Shown: positions 31,145 through 43,256 of the stretch, one piece after another
Layout of the letters: each line of letters begins with the position of its first letter
Numbering within the stretch: position 1 is the first letter of the stretch
Translations under genes and position numbers: made by a program
NCBI GenBank assembly: GCA_963699545.1
Contig: CAVOUE010000006.1
Span: 352,001-416,000, forward strand
Direction: 5' to 3'
Source: Nitrospirota bacterium
Lineage (GTDB): Bacteria > Nitrospirota > Thermodesulfovibrionia > Thermodesulfovibrionales > UBA9159
Length of the DNA: 64,000 nucleotides
Notes under the pieces: generated by a model
The model's input: the letters and a program-made list of their open reading frames with translations, nothing else
What the model was told of the DNA's origin: nothing
Databases searched by the model: none

Positions 31145-32062
31145 TTAGCTTTTCTCCTCTTCCCGGTCTTCTTCGTCTTCGTCCTTATATTCTCTCTTCT
31201 TCTTAAGAACCCTGAAAAAGCCGAAGATCGTTATCAGGGCGGCACACAGGAACAGTATCTCGTAAAGGTAGTCGCCGAGAGAGGAAAGCCACCAGGTTCT
31301 TCCTGCGAGAGACGATCTCCATCGCTTTTCAAGTTCATCGAGAGATATCAGAAGGCTTTCCAGGACCGCATTGTCGAGAGTATCGCCCCTGCCCATCTGC
31401 TCCAATATCCGTTGCAGCCCGGGAACACCGAACTCTTTTTTTATATATTCGACAATGCTTCTGCTTTCTTCATAGGCGAGGAGAAGGTCTCTTCCGTCAG
31501 CGGGAAATCTTTCCGTTAAGCTTTCGACGCTCATGAGACGGTTTGAGAGGACAGCCTCCCGGAGAATTGACCGGTTGCCCTCGATCATTATCTCAGATAG
31601 ACCGCCTGTCACCCACTGACATATCCCTTCATCAAGCCAGCGCGGGAGTTTCCCCCCGGCGATATGGTGATGAAGCTCAAGGTGACACAATTCATGTTTC
31701 AAGGTTGTCCCAAGGGTAAAGGGGTGCACATTCATTCGGGAGTAATCGATCACGATAACATCCTGTTGAGGGACCGCAAGGGCTGTGACAAGGTCGCTTT
31801 CGACGCTCTTCCTGAAGGAGGCACTCTCCTTCACCAACACGATCTCGGGACGGAGATCCGACTCCCATCCAAGGTCTCTCATCAGGTCTGCACGGATCCC
31901 GGGATATGCCTTCAGGACCTCCGTTGCTGCGTTTTCAAGCGGGCCGTCGAATCGGACGACAACCCTCTCATCTTCAAGCGTATATTTTTCAGCGTACGAG
32001 GGTCCGATCAGGAGTGCCGCCAGAAAAAATAGTGCGAATGAAAAGATTTCCTTTTTTGGCAT
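31145..32062 (-). CDS. Peptidase MA-like zinc metallohydrolase
   Basis: HELCH (HExxH), LPRWLDEG, AYEES; signal peptide and C-terminal TM. Confidence 0.8.
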   Translation of the reverse strand: MPKKEIFSFALFFLAALLIGPSYAEKYTLEDERVVVRFDGPLENAATEVLKAYPGIRADLMRDLGWESDLRPEIVLVKESASFRKSVESDLVTALAVPQQDVIVIDYSRMNVHPFTLGTTLKHELCHLELHHHIAGGKLPRWLDEGICQWVTGGLSEIMIEGNRSILREAVLSNRLMSVESLTERFPADGRDLLLAYEESRSIVEYIKKEFGVPGLQRILEQMGRGDTLDNAVLESLLISLDELEKRWRSSLAGRTWWLSSLGDYLYEILFLCAALITIFGFFRVLKKKREYKDEDEEDREEEKS

Positions 32063-32177
32063 GATGCAGGCCTTTTATAAAGATTACCATTTTTTCGGTA
32101 AGAGCGGAGAGCCCCTCCCTGAGCATTGTGTTGACGTCTTACCCGACATCTGATAGATTATTTACAGAGCGGGGGTT

Positions 32178-32657
32178 ATGAGAAAAGGTGCATTCCCATT
32201 ACAGGACATGATATCGCGCGTCAACAAGAATAGCATTTTCATCCTTCTCTTTTCTATTTACTTCCTTTCTTATGCGGTCTCGCCGCTCTCCTATAGTCTT
32301 ACGGAACAGAACGCCAGTGAGAATATCTCCTCAGCCGGGAAGGCCCCTTGGCCCGCAAAAAATATTCGTATTTTCTTATGGGAACTTATCTGCGCACAAT
32401 TTTCTGTAGCAGAGGATGATACCAGCACACATTCAACTTTCAGGATCCTTGTTAAGAAAGCACGGGCGGTCATACCTCAGAACACCCTTGCGAAATTGAC
32501 ACCGTCGGTGGAAAGTGCAATCACGATCGGCATTTGTCTTTTTCTGCTTCTGTTGTCCCTATCTCCTCTTCAAAACAGATACAATTCACGAACTCGAAAG
32601 GGGTTCTCTCCCCTTTATCGGGATCGTTCTCCCCCTTATCGGCAGTTCCGCATATGA
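32178..32657 (+). CDS. Hypothetical membrane protein
   Basis: 159-aa ORF with two hydrophobic segments, no recognised motif. Confidence 0.4.
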   Translation: MRKGAFPLQDMISRVNKNSIFILLFSIYFLSYAVSPLSYSLTEQNASENISSAGKAPWPAKNIRIFLWELICAQFSVAEDDTSTHSTFRILVKKARAVIPQNTLAKLTPSVESAITIGICLFLLLLSLSPLQNRYNSRTRKGFSPLYRDRSPPYRQFRI

Positions 32658-32735
32658 AGCTTCTCTCTCACGTTACAAGACATTTCGCGTGCGTGTGACG
32701 CGAGTCTTATTCTTTTCCGAAAGGGGGTGAGAACC

Positions 32736-33017
32736 GTGCAAAAGATTGTGTTTCTCCTGGCAACACTCAGCATTTTAATGATTTCTTCTTACGGGTGCGC
32801 CTCGAAAGAATATGTGAAACAGCAGATTGATCCGCTCGTAGACAGGATCAGCAAACTCGAGGCAATGACCGAAGGCTTGAAGGATTGCTGCAACAAGGCA
32901 GATGCCGCAGCTCAAAGGGCAGAAGCTGCTGCAAGGGAGGCGCAGGCCGCTGCAAAGAAGGCTGAGGCCGCAGCTGAAAAGTCAGCAAAGTCTTTCGACT
33001 TACACCAGAAGAAATAG
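32736..33017 (+). CDS. Lpp/OprI-like alanine-zipper lipoprotein
   Basis: Lipobox YGC, AAxRAEAAA repeats, C-terminal KK. Confidence 0.75.
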   Translation: MQKIVFLLATLSILMISSYGCASKEYVKQQIDPLVDRISKLEAMTEGLKDCCNKADAAAQRAEAAAREAQAAAKKAEAAAEKSAKSFDLHQKK

Positions 33018-33022
33018 TACCT

Positions 33023-33064
33023 CAGCTGACAAGCCCGTTCCTCCCTGAATGGGCTTGTCAGCTG
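33023..33064. terminator. Long hairpin after lipoprotein gene (putative terminator)
   Basis: CAGCTGACAAGCCCGTTC-loop-GAATGGGCTTGTCAGCTG; weak U tract. Confidence 0.6.
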
Positions 33065-33266
33065 TCTCTCAGTGAACGGACTGACCGTATGTCCCAGGGT
33101 ATCCGAATAACGAGATGGATGAACACATGCCTTTTGTCCTGGTGCCGCAGATCCTCTCCCTCATTCGAAACGATATGCCCTGCCATGAGGGGAACCTGTG
33201 GATATGCATTGATTGGGAAACCGGAGGAGATGCGCGCGCCCCGGTCATACGGTAGTCTTTCCGGGG

Positions 33267-33674
33267 CTATTCCGTCGGGGGAAGTGTCAGACTTGCAAAG
33301 TGTCTCTTACTCAACATCTTCTCCACCTGTTTCCTCACCTCAACCCAGACAGGATGAATAGTGCACGTTCCGCTTAACCTGCACATCTTCTTATCGAGGG
33401 CGCATATGTTCATCACAACGGGTCCCTGCACCGCCTCGATGACATCGAGGAGGTTAATTTGTCTCGGCTTTCTCGCGAGCCGGAACCCTCCCTTCACCCC
33501 CCGATAAGACTTCACGATGTTCGCCCTGGCAAGCTTCTGCAGAATCTTTGCGAGAAAGCTTTTCGGCGTATCCATGTTTCGTGCAATCTCATCCACCATG
33601 GTCACCTCATCTTCCTTGCCGGCAAGGTAGAAAACACAGCGGATCGCATAGTCTGTTTCACGCGTTATCTGCAT
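33267..33674 (-). CDS. Rrf2-family transcriptional regulator
   Basis: ITRETDYAIR, FLAKILQKL, RGVKGGF; three C-terminal Cys (possible Fe-S). Confidence 0.92.
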   Translation of the reverse strand: MQITRETDYAIRCVFYLAGKEDEVTMVDEIARNMDTPKSFLAKILQKLARANIVKSYRGVKGGFRLARKPRQINLLDVIEAVQGPVVMNICALDKKMCRLSGTCTIHPVWVEVRKQVEKMLSKRHFASLTLPPTE

Positions 33675-34011
33675 GGATCATGCCTTTCCTTTGAGCGTTC
33701 GCCTCCAGCCGAGGGTCTCCCCGGCAATAAGGCGTACCATCAATATGATTCTTTCTCTCCCTGTATGTCAAGTCGAGCAGTAGTATGCCGGAAAACCGTG
33801 CACATCCGGATCCGCCGGGAGACTGTTGCGCGACTGTCACGTGCATCCTTCCTGACTATCCACGCTGCTTCGTTCGTGGTATTCTTTATATAATGAATTC
33901 AGGCTTATCTGTTCTTGGACTTTGGGAATCGCGTCTTGCCAAAAAAAAGGAGGCGTGGTTGCGCGTGAACATACCCTCTGTGGATGGTGGCAGGCATGAG
34001 GAAGTCCCCTC

Positions 34012-36699
34012 ATGTCAATAAAGAACCTTGAGGTCTTTTTCAATCCAAAAAGGATAGCGGTCATCGGGGCCAGCGAGGACCCTGATTCCACGGGATATTT
34101 CATCCTCCGGAATATGATCGGCAAGGGTTTTAAGGGAGTCGTGTATCCGGTCAATCCCCTGTCAGAATCAGTACAGGGCGTCGAGGCGTACAGGACCATC
34201 TCGGATATCCCCCATGCAGTGGATCTGGCCATCCTTGCCAGGCCCTTTGAAGAGATCCCTGCAGCACTTGAAGAATGCGGAAAGAAAGGCGTCAAAGGGA
34301 TCTCGATCATCTGTCCCGACTTCGAACCTTCCGTGGAGGACAGGCGGTTCTTTCCCCGGATACAACAGCTCTCTTCAAAATACGAGTTCAGGCTCCTGGG
34401 GCCTAACACGCTGGGCTTTATACGGCCCAGCATCAATCTCAACGCCAGTCTTTTCCCGAAGATGCCGAAAAGCGGGTCCACTGCCTTCATTTCCCAGAGC
34501 GCTACTCTCACCACTGCGCTTCTGGACAGGGCCATAGACAAGAACTTCGGGTTCAGCTATATCATTTCCCTGGGGACAAAAATGGATCTCGGTTTTTCCG
34601 ACCTCATCGATTTTCTTGGCGTTGATCCGAAAACAAGGGCGATCATCCTCTATATCGAACACATTTCGAGAGGCCGCACATTCATGGCTGCCGTGCGGAG
34701 CTTTGCAAGGAGCAAGCCCATCGTCGTAGTGAAGTCCGGCACGTCCGATATCTCCGCCCGGGTGGCATTGACCCATTCAGGGGTCCTGGCGGGAGAAGAC
34801 AAGGTCTATGATGCGGTTTTTAAAAGAGCGGGCGCGGTAAGGATTGATGAGATCCTCGATCTCTTCTACCTTGCCGAGACCCTTTCCCAGGAGAGGAGGC
34901 CAAAGGGAAAGCGTCTCGCCATCATTACCAATGCCGACGCACCGTCCATCATCGCGGTGGACACCCTCCTGCGGCTGGAGGGGGAGCTCTCGACCCTGGG
35001 CGAGGATACCATAAGAAATCTGCGCGAAAGCATCCCGGCGGTAAGACAGGTCCGGAACCCTGTCAATCTCATCACCAATGCCTCTCCTGCCGACTATAAG
35101 ATTGCCGTGGAGAACTGCTTGAAAGATCCCAATGTGGACGGGATTCTCGTGATCCATGTTCCTAACTTTGGCGCACAGCCCCAGAAGACAGCAGAAGCCA
35201 TTGTTTCAGCAAAACACGACAATCCCGCGGTACCCCTCTTCACCGTCTGGATGGGAGGCGGGCTTGTGCAGTCTGCCAGGGAGTTCCTGAACAGCAAGGC
35301 GATGCCGACCTTTGTCACTCCCGAACAGGCGGTAAGGAGTTTTATCTATCTGTACCGCTATGACTATAATCTTCAGCTTCTCCAGGAAACACCGGAAACC
35401 ATCCTGAGGGACTTCTCTCCTGACAGAGATAAGGCAAGGAAGGCCGTGAAGGAGGCCCTGGATCAAAAGAGGCTCGTGCTGCACATGAACGAAGTCAAAG
35501 AGATCCTCCAGGCCTATGGTATCCCGGTAATCGCCACGGAAAGGGCAGAGAGCGAAGATGAAGCTGTTCGTTTTTCTGAAGAGATCGGTTACCCTGTTGT
35601 TCTGAAGGTCGAATCGGAAATGACCTTCCACAAAAGAGAAATCGGTGGGCTCATCTTTAATCTGAAAAACGAGGGCTCGGTCCGGAAAGCGTTCAAGAAA
35701 CTCAAGAACCCGGCCGTTTCCAAAGGAGATCCCGAAGCCTATGTCCTGGTCCAGCCGATGATCACGCAGCACGGTCATGAACTGGTCATAGGGGCGAGAA
35801 AGGATCCCGCCTTCGGTTCGGTCATAGTCTTCGGTACAGCCGGCGAACTCCTTGAGACCTTCGGCGATTACGCGGTGGGATTGCCGCCTCTCAACCAGAC
35901 ACTGGCGAGGCGGCTGATGGAGGAGACAAAGGTCGGCAAATTCCTGCTCACCCAGGACCACCACGAGGACACCCTGAGACTGCTGGAGGAGATGCTGGTA
36001 CGCTTTTCCTATCTTCTCGTGGATTTCCCCGGCATTAAAGAGATCGATATCAACCCGTTCTTCGTCACCAGGGGGAAGGGTTTTGCACTTGACGCGGGAA
36101 TCATACTCGAAAAAGAAGTATCCCAGGATATGGCAGGGTTCAAAGGATATCTCTGTCCGCCCCACCTCTCCATCTGTCCGTACCCGTTTCAATATGTCCG
36201 GGAGATCTCCCTCGACAACGGGGTCCCTGCCCTTATACGCCCGATACGTCCTGAAGATGAACCGCTTATCTATGACCTCTTCAGAACACTGTCAGAGGAG
36301 AGTATCGTATCCAGGTTCAATCAGCGCCTTACCGATATACCCCACGAGCGACTCGCCCGATACTGCCAACTGGATTACGAAAGAGAGCTGGCCTTCGTAG
36401 CAGCGATCAAGGAAAGCCCCGGAAAGGAGCAGGTCATCGCTGATGTGAGGATGCTGAAAATGCCGGATCTCGAGACAGCAGAGCTGGCGATCCTCGTGAC
36501 CGATGAGTGGCAGGGCCACGGCATCGGCACGGTGCTTATTGATTACTGCATCAAGATCGCACGGGAACTGGAGATCCGGACGCTCTGGATGGAAATCCTG
36601 AGGACAAACGCAAAGATGCTGCACCTCGCAAAGGGCTCGGGCTTCAAAGAGGCCCACACGGACGACGATATGGTGCGGGTAGTTCTCGAACTCGAGTAA
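34012..36699 (+). CDS. Acyl-CoA ligase-like/GNAT fusion (Pat-type protein lysine acyltransferase)
   Basis: IAVIGAS, LLGPN.LG, ISQS, GYPVVLK, DPAFG, EIDINP, C-terminal GNAT WQGHGIG. Confidence 0.9.
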   Translation: MSIKNLEVFFNPKRIAVIGASEDPDSTGYFILRNMIGKGFKGVVYPVNPLSESVQGVEAYRTISDIPHAVDLAILARPFEEIPAALEECGKKGVKGISIICPDFEPSVEDRRFFPRIQQLSSKYEFRLLGPNTLGFIRPSINLNASLFPKMPKSGSTAFISQSATLTTALLDRAIDKNFGFSYIISLGTKMDLGFSDLIDFLGVDPKTRAIILYIEHISRGRTFMAAVRSFARSKPIVVVKSGTSDISARVALTHSGVLAGEDKVYDAVFKRAGAVRIDEILDLFYLAETLSQERRPKGKRLAIITNADAPSIIAVDTLLRLEGELSTLGEDTIRNLRESIPAVRQVRNPVNLITNASPADYKIAVENCLKDPNVDGILVIHVPNFGAQPQKTAEAIVSAKHDNPAVPLFTVWMGGGLVQSAREFLNSKAMPTFVTPEQAVRSFIYLYRYDYNLQLLQETPETILRDFSPDRDKARKAVKEALDQKRLVLHMNEVKEILQAYGIPVIATERAESEDEAVRFSEEIGYPVVLKVESEMTFHKREIGGLIFNLKNEGSVRKAFKKLKNPAVSKGDPEAYVLVQPMITQHGHELVIGARKDPAFGSVIVFGTAGELLETFGDYAVGLPPLNQTLARRLMEETKVGKFLLTQDHHEDTLRLLEEMLVRFSYLLVDFPGIKEIDINPFFVTRGKGFALDAGIILEKEVSQDMAGFKGYLCPPHLSICPYPFQYVREISLDNGVPALIRPIRPEDEPLIYDLFRTLSEESIVSRFNQRLTDIPHERLARYCQLDYERELAFVAAIKESPGKEQVIADVRMLKMPDLETAELAILVTDEWQGHGIGTVLIDYCIKIARELEIRTLWMEILRTNAKMLHLAKGSGFKEAHTDDDMVRVVLELE

Positions 36700-36733
36700 T
36701 ACCCTTGCCTCGTCTCATGTCAGGGGACAGGCG

Positions 36734-37654
36734 TCACCCGACTTTCAGCATCTCCCCAATGGTGATCCCTACCGATTCAGCGAGGGACTCCAGATCATAT
36801 CCGCCTTCGAGGACGAATACCATGGGACAGGACGACGAGGTGAGAATGCCCCGCACGATGCCCCATATGCCCTCGCTGGTGATCTTGATCTCCGCGTGCG
36901 GATCGTTCACGTGAATATCATAGCCGGCGGAAACAAGAATGAGGTCAGGCCTGAACCTTCTCACAAGGTCGGGGAGAATGTCCTGATAAATGATGAGATA
37001 ATCCTTGTTCCCGGAGCCTTTCAATACCGGAACGTTATAGGTATATCCGGTTCCTCTCCCCTTCCCCCGCTCCATGTCCTTTCCGGTATCTGGATAATAG
37101 GGATACTGGTGCGTGCTGAAATAGAAGACCGTATCGTCCTCTTCAAATATATGCTCAGTGCCATTACCGTGATGTGCGTCAAAATCGGCAATAAACACTC
37201 TTTCATATCCCGTCTTTTGCGCATGCCGTGCACCTATGGCGACGTTGTTAAAGAGGCAGAAACCCATTCCCCCGTCAGCCTCTGCATGATGCCCGGGAGG
37301 ACGCACAGCACAAAACGCCCTGGTTATCTCGCCGTCCCTGCATTTTTCGATCGCCCCCATGACCGAACCGACCGCATACAAAGCCGCTTCCAGACTCCCT
37401 GCTGAAGTGTAGGTATCCGGGTCCAGGCACCCTTCGCCGAAGGTCCTCATCTTCTCGACGTATTCCGGGGTATGGACAAGGGCGATGTCCTGAAAACCGG
37501 CCTTGGGGGGGTTGATGCGGATGAGATTGTCCCATAAGCCTGTATTCTTTAAGCTTTCACGTATACAGACCAGGCGGGCTTTCCTATCGGGATGCCACGG
37601 CGGAGGTTCATGCTTCAGCATGACATCGTCATAGAGGAATCCGACCCTGTGCAT
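36734..37654 (-). CDS. Zn-dependent histone-deacetylase-family protein
   Basis: RPPGHHA, GFCLFNN, DFDAHHGNGT, SAGYD, LEGGY. Confidence 0.92.
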   Translation of the reverse strand: MHRVGFLYDDVMLKHEPPPWHPDRKARLVCIRESLKNTGLWDNLIRINPPKAGFQDIALVHTPEYVEKMRTFGEGCLDPDTYTSAGSLEAALYAVGSVMGAIEKCRDGEITRAFCAVRPPGHHAEADGGMGFCLFNNVAIGARHAQKTGYERVFIADFDAHHGNGTEHIFEEDDTVFYFSTHQYPYYPDTGKDMERGKGRGTGYTYNVPVLKGSGNKDYLIIYQDILPDLVRRFRPDLILVSAGYDIHVNDPHAEIKITSEGIWGIVRGILTSSSCPMVFVLEGGYDLESLAESVGITIGEMLKVG

Positions 37655-37700
37655 ATCTGATTATACCTGAAAGAGGATGAGCTTCCAAAGGGAACGGGGC

Positions 37701-40407
37701 TTACGCCCTTGCTATCAGCTCCCGCAGCACGCAAGGGAGAATCCCTCCGTGCCGGTAGTAGTCCACTTCGATGGCGGTGTCGATACGGGACAGGAGCGTC
37801 ACTTCTTTCCTGCTACCGTCCCTGCGCCTGATCACCAGGGTGATGTCCTGCTGCGGCCTGAGGTCTTCCAGTCCTCGGATGTCGAATTCCTCATCTCCCT
37901 TGATAGCGAGGGATTGAACCGAATCATCGCCCTTGAACTGGAGCGGCAGCACTCCCATGCCCACGAGGTTGGAGCGGTGGATACGTTCGAAGCTCTTCGC
38001 TATCACCGCTCTGATACCGAGGAGTTGCGTGCCTTTGGCCGCCCAGTCACGGGAAGAGCCGGTACCGTATTCATCGCCGCCGAAAACCACGGTCGGAGTG
38101 CCCTGGGCCACGTATTTCATCGCAGCGTCATATATGAACATCTGCTCTGCCGGATGGCTGAAAGAGTGTGAGGCCGCCCTCTGCACGTGTGCCGTCACCT
38201 TTTGGAGGCAGCATGAGGTTCTTGATGCGCACATTGGCGAACGTGCCACGGATCATGACCTCATGGTTGCCTCTGCGGGTACCGTAGCTCTGGAAGTCGG
38301 CCTTTGCCACGCCGTTCTCCAGCAGATACGTTCCTGCAGGAGAGGTCTCCTTGATCGTGCCTGCAGGACTGATATGGTCGGTGGTAACGGAATCTCCAAA
38401 AATCCCCAGAGCCCGGGCGCCGGTGATCTCACGTATTGTGCCCGACTGCATACTGAAATTCTCGAAAAAAGGAGGCTCCGCGATGTACGTGGATCTCGGC
38501 CAGTTGTACACCTTGCCCGAAGAGAAGGCACGGCGTTCCACAATGGATGGTCTTTGGTAAGATCCGAGTAAAGTCTCCGGAAGGTATCCGGGTCAGTGGC
38601 ATATTTCATCACAGCTGCGACTTCAGCGCTGGCGGGCCATACGTCCCTCAGATAGACCGGACGTCCATCTTTACCGGTGCCAAGAGGGTCCTCCTCCATA
38701 TTCCTGAGCACAGTTCCGGCGAGGGCAAAGGCCACAACAAGAGGAGGGCTCATCAGGAAGTTGGCACGGAGGTGAGGATGGATGCGAGCCTCAAAGTTGC
38801 GGTTGCCGGAAAGGACTGCAGCACAGACGAGATCGTTCCGGACAATCGTCTCTTCTATCCCCTCATCCAGCGGTCCTGCATTGCCGATGCAGGTGGTGCA
38901 GCCATACGCGGCAAGGTAAAAGCCGAGCTTTTCGAGGTAGGGCAGGAGACCGGCCTTCTTCAGATACTCGGTCACGACCCGTGAACCCGGCGCGAGGGAG
39001 GTCTTGACATGCTTCTTCACCGTGAGGCCCTTTTCGACCGCCTTCTTTGCCAGCAGACCGGCGGCAAGGAGCACAGCCGGGTTAGAGGTATTGGTACAGG
39101 AAGTAATGGCTGCGATGACCACATCTCCTGAACCTATGTCAATGCCATCCCTGGTCGTGAAGCGCTTTGGAAGATCCTCCGTTTTACTGCCAAAGCCGTT
39201 TTCTGCCGCCGGTTTGGTGAACAAATCAGCGAACGTGTCCCCGAGGTCGGAAAGGTCGATGCGGTCCTGGGGTCGCCTTGGACCTGCCACAGACGGCTTT
39301 ATGCCAGAGAGGTCCACTTCCAGGACTCTTCGAGTAGTCGATCTCTCCAGCCCTTGGTATGCCATACATTCCCTGGGCCTTGAAGTATGCCCGGAACGCC
39401 GAGATCTCATCATCGGTGCGGCCGCTGCTTCGGAAAAAATCCACGGTGACATCGTCCACCGGAAAGAAGCCCATGGTCGCGCCGTATTCCGGCGCCATAT
39501 TGGCAACAGTGGCCCGGTCAGGCAGCGCCAAGGGAAGAAGTCGCCCTCTCCGAAGAACTCCACAAACTTTCCGACCACTTTTTCCCTGCGGAGCATTTCG
39601 GTGATCGAAAGGACCAGGTCTGTGGCGGTTACCCCCTCCTTCAGTCTACCCTTGAGATTCACGCCCACGACGTCGGGAGTAAGGAAATAGACCGGCTGGC
39701 CGAGCATTCCCGCCTCCGCCTCGATGCCGCCTACCCCCCATCCCACAACGCCGATACCGTTGATCATGGTGGTGTGGCTGTCAGTGCCCACAAGGGTATC
39801 AGGGTAATACACGCCTCCTTTGTGGTGCACACCCCGGGCCAGGTATTCAAGGTTGACCTGGTGGACAATGCCGATACCCGGAGGCACCACCCTGAAGGTC
39901 TCGAAGGCGTTCATGCCCCATTTCAGAAACTGGTAGCGCTCCCTGTTGCGGGTGAACTCCATTTCCATGTTCTTCCGGAGCGCATCGGGTTCCCCGTAAC
40001 AATCGATCTGGACTGAGTGGTCCACGACCAGATCCACGGGAACCAGGGGCTCGATGATCCCGGGATCTTTCCCCATCGTGTGATGCAACGCCGCGCATGG
40101 CCGCCAGATCGCAGAGGAGGGGAACACCGGTGAAGTCCTGGAGAACGATGCGCGCCACCACAAAGGGGATCTCTTCGGTGCGTGACGCAGTGGGGCTCCA
40201 GCCGGCAAGCTGCTTCACATGTTCTTCAGTGATCTTTTTGCCGTCAAAATTCCGCAGAACCGATTCCAGCACGATACGGATGGATACGGGCAAACGGGAG
40301 ATCCTGCCGATCCCCGCCCGCTCCAGAGCAGGAAGGGAATAGAACTTCCCTTTCCTGCCATTGCCTGGGTCGAATTCCTGGAATGCGTTGAAAAGGTTAT
40401 GGCTCAT
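37701..40407 (-). CDS. acnA: Aconitate hydratase A (several apparent frameshifts)
   Basis: [56 protein letters not shown] across successive frames. Confidence 0.92.
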
Positions 40408-40442
40408 GGTGCTTTCCTGCAATAACAAATTAAGAGTTTCTA

Positions 40443-41895
40443 TCATATGACGAACATGTCGACGAATTCATTCACCGGCATCGCCTTCCAGTCCAGCCTG
40501 GTCCAGACAGACATCGAGGATCGCCTTCTGCTGCTTTGCCGGGAAGCGGCGGGCAAGGTTCGTCTTGAACTTCTCCACCAGCACCGGCATGCCTTCCTTG
40601 CGGCGGCGGCGGTGGCCGATGGGATATTCCACCACCACTTCCGGCAGCCTGGTGCCGTCCTTCAGCTCCACTGTGAGGCCATTGGCGATGGAGCGCTTCT
40701 CAGGATCATGGTAGTCCCTGGTGAACTGCGGGTCCTCGACGCACTCGATCTTGTCGCGCAGCGCATCGATGCGCGGGTCGGCAGCCACGTTGTCCTCGTA
40801 GTCGGCAGCGGTGAGTCGTCCGAAGATGAGGGGCACGGCGACCATGTACTGTATGCAGTGGTCCCGGTCCGCGGGATTGTTGAGCGGGCCCTTCTTGTCG
40901 ATGATGCGGATTGCCGCCTCGTGGGTGCGGATGGTGATCTTCTTGATGTCATCCGTGCTCCTGCCCATCTCCTTGAGCTTGCCGTGCAGCGTCATGGCGC
41001 ACTCCACAGCCGTCTGGGAATGGAACTCGGCCGGGAAGGATATCTTGAAGAGCACATGCTCCATGACATAGGAGCCGTAGGGCCTCTGGAACTTGAATTC
41101 ATTGCCCTTGAAGAGGACATCGTAGAAGCCCCAGGTCTTGGCCGTCAGCGCAGAAGGATAGCCCATCTCGCCCTTCAGTGCCATGAGCGCCAGTCTCACA
41201 CCGCGGGCCGTGGCATCGCCTGCTGCCCAGGATTTTCGGGAGCCGGTGTTCGGGGCATGGCGGTAGGTTCTGAGGGACTGGCCGTCTATCCATGCATTGG
41301 AGAGCGCGTTGATCACCTCTTCCTTGCTGCCGCCCAGCATCCTGGTAACGACCGCGGTCGTGGCGACCTTCACCAGGACGACGTGGTCGAGACCGACACG
41401 GTTAAAGGAGTTTTCCAGGGCGATCACTCCCTGGATCTCGTGCGCCTTGATCATGGCGGTCAACACGTCCTTCATCAGCATCGGCTTCTTTCCCTCTGCA
41501 ACGGCCTTGCGTGAAAGGTAATCCGCCGTCGCAAGGATGCCTCCCAGATTGTCCGAGGGATGGCCCCATTCTGCAGCCAGCCAGGTGTCGTTGAAGTCCA
41601 GCCAGCGGATCATGGCGCCGATGTTGAAGGCCGCCTGCACAGGGTCGAGCTGGAACTGCGTGCCCGGGACCTTTGCGCCGTTGGGGACAACGGTGCCCGG
41701 AACGATGGGACCCAGGAGCTTTGTGCAGGCCGGATACCCTAACGCCTCAAGTCCGCAGCCCAGGGTGTCGATGAGACAGTTACGGGCGGTGTCATAGGCC
41801 TCATCAGATTTGATCTCATAGTCGCAGACATAGTCCGCGATATCCACCAGGACCTTGTCAGGATCAGGGCGGACATTGGAGATGTGTGAACCCAT
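40443..41895 (-). CDS. prpD: 2-methylcitrate dehydratase (apparent +1 indel near 40487)
   Basis: [44 protein letters not shown]-terminal [13 protein letters not shown] in shifted frame. Confidence 0.95.
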
Positions 41896-42083
41896 AGTTC
41901 TACCTCTTCCTTTTCCTTAGAATTGTTCAAAGCAAAAAATCGCAGCGGAACGCGGGCTTCACCGGTCCGTTTGCATCAGGCGGTCCGGGAGATAAGGGCA
42001 CGAGCCCCTGTTCCGACCATCATTCCCGGTGCCGTTCAGATGCGGCTGGCATTTTACCTTTTTCAGCGCAGCAACAGCAAGCA

Positions 42084-43256
42084 CTATGCTGTTCCGGCCT
42101 TATTCCTGTCCTTTATCGGCACATATCTCCGGTCTTCCTCGCCGATGTAATTGGCGGAAGGCCGGATGATCTTGTTGTCCAGGCGCTGCTCGATGACATG
42201 TGCTCCCCAGCCGGTGGTCCGCGAGATCACAAAGATGGGAGTGAACATGGCGGTCGGAACGCCCAGCATGTGATACGACACCGCGGAATACCAGTCCAGG
42301 TTGGCGAACATGTTCTTCTCCCTCTTCATGACCGCCTCGATGCGGTCGGCGACGGCAAAGAGATTCATGTTGTCGCCGTCGCTGCAGAGGTTCTTTGCGA
42401 GTTCCTTGATGATGGGGTTCCTCGGGTCACTCACCGTATATACCGGATGTCCGAAGCCGATGATGATCTCCTTGTTGGCGACCCGCGCCCTGATGTCGGC
42501 CTCAGCTTCGTCAGCAGTGCGGTAACGTCTCTGGATCTCGTGGGCCGCTTCGTTGGCGCCGCCGTGCTTCGGCCCGCGGAGGGCGCCGATGGCGCCGGTG
42601 ATGGCGGAATACACATCAGAGAGCGTCCCGGTGATCACGCGCGCAGCAAAGGTGGATGCGGTGAACTCGTGCTCTGCGTAGAGGATCAGGGACTGGTCAA
42701 GGGCCTTCTCATGGAGAGGCGAAGGCTTCCTGCCGTGCAGCAGGTGCAGGAAATGGCCTGCCACCGAGTCGTCGTCCGTTTCGACCTCGATCCTGCGGCC
42801 GTTCTGGCTGTAATGCCACCAGTAGAGGAGCATGGAACCGAAGGACGCCACCAGCCGGTCTATGATGTCCCGCGCGCCCTGAATATTGCGGTCGTCCTTC
42901 TCGGGAAGCACAGTGCCGAGGACGGAACATCCGGTGCGGAGCACGTCCATGGGATGGGCTGCAGCAGGAATGTGTTCCAGCACCGTCTTCACCTGGGCCG
43001 GCAGACCGCGCAGGCTCTTCAGTTTCTTTACGTAGTCCTTCAGTTCCGACTGAGTGGGCAGATTGCCGTGGACGAGGAGATAGGCAACCTCTTCAAAGGT
43101 CGATCTCCTCGCAAGCTCAACGATGTCATAGCCCCGGTAGTGCAGGTCATTTCCGGTACGCCCCACGGTGCAGACCGCGGTATTGCCGGCGATCACGCCG
43201 GAGAGGGCAACGGATTTTTTCACTTTTGTCGCGATGACTTCTGTGTTATTGCTCAT
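42084..43256 (-). CDS. prpC: 2-methylcitrate synthase
   Basis: [43 protein letters not shown]. Confidence 0.93.
   Translation of the reverse strand: MSNNTEVIATKVKKSVALSGVIAGNTAVCTVGRTGNDLHYRGYDIVELARRSTFEEVAYLLVHGNLPTQSELKDYVKKLKSLRGLPAQVKTVLEHIPAAAHPMDVLRTGCSVLGTVLPEKDDRNIQGARDIIDRLVASFGSMLLYWWHYSQNGRRIEVETDDDSVAGHFLHLLHGRKPSPLHEKALDQSLILYAEHEFTASTFAARVITGTLSDVYSAITGAIGALRGPKHGGANEAAHEIQRRYRTADEAEADIRARVANKEIIIGFGHPVYTVSDPRNPIIKELAKNLCSDGDNMNLFAVADRIEAVMKREKNMFANLDWYSAVSYHMLGVPTAMFTPIFVISRTTGWGAHVIEQRLDNKIIRPSANYIGEEDRRYVPIKDRNKAGTA

Noticed and set aside
34391-34401. GGCTCCTGGGG match to the tRNA-Asn 3' end as an island att repeat
   Set aside because: Only 11 bp, inside the conserved RLLGPN coding motif, and no integrase
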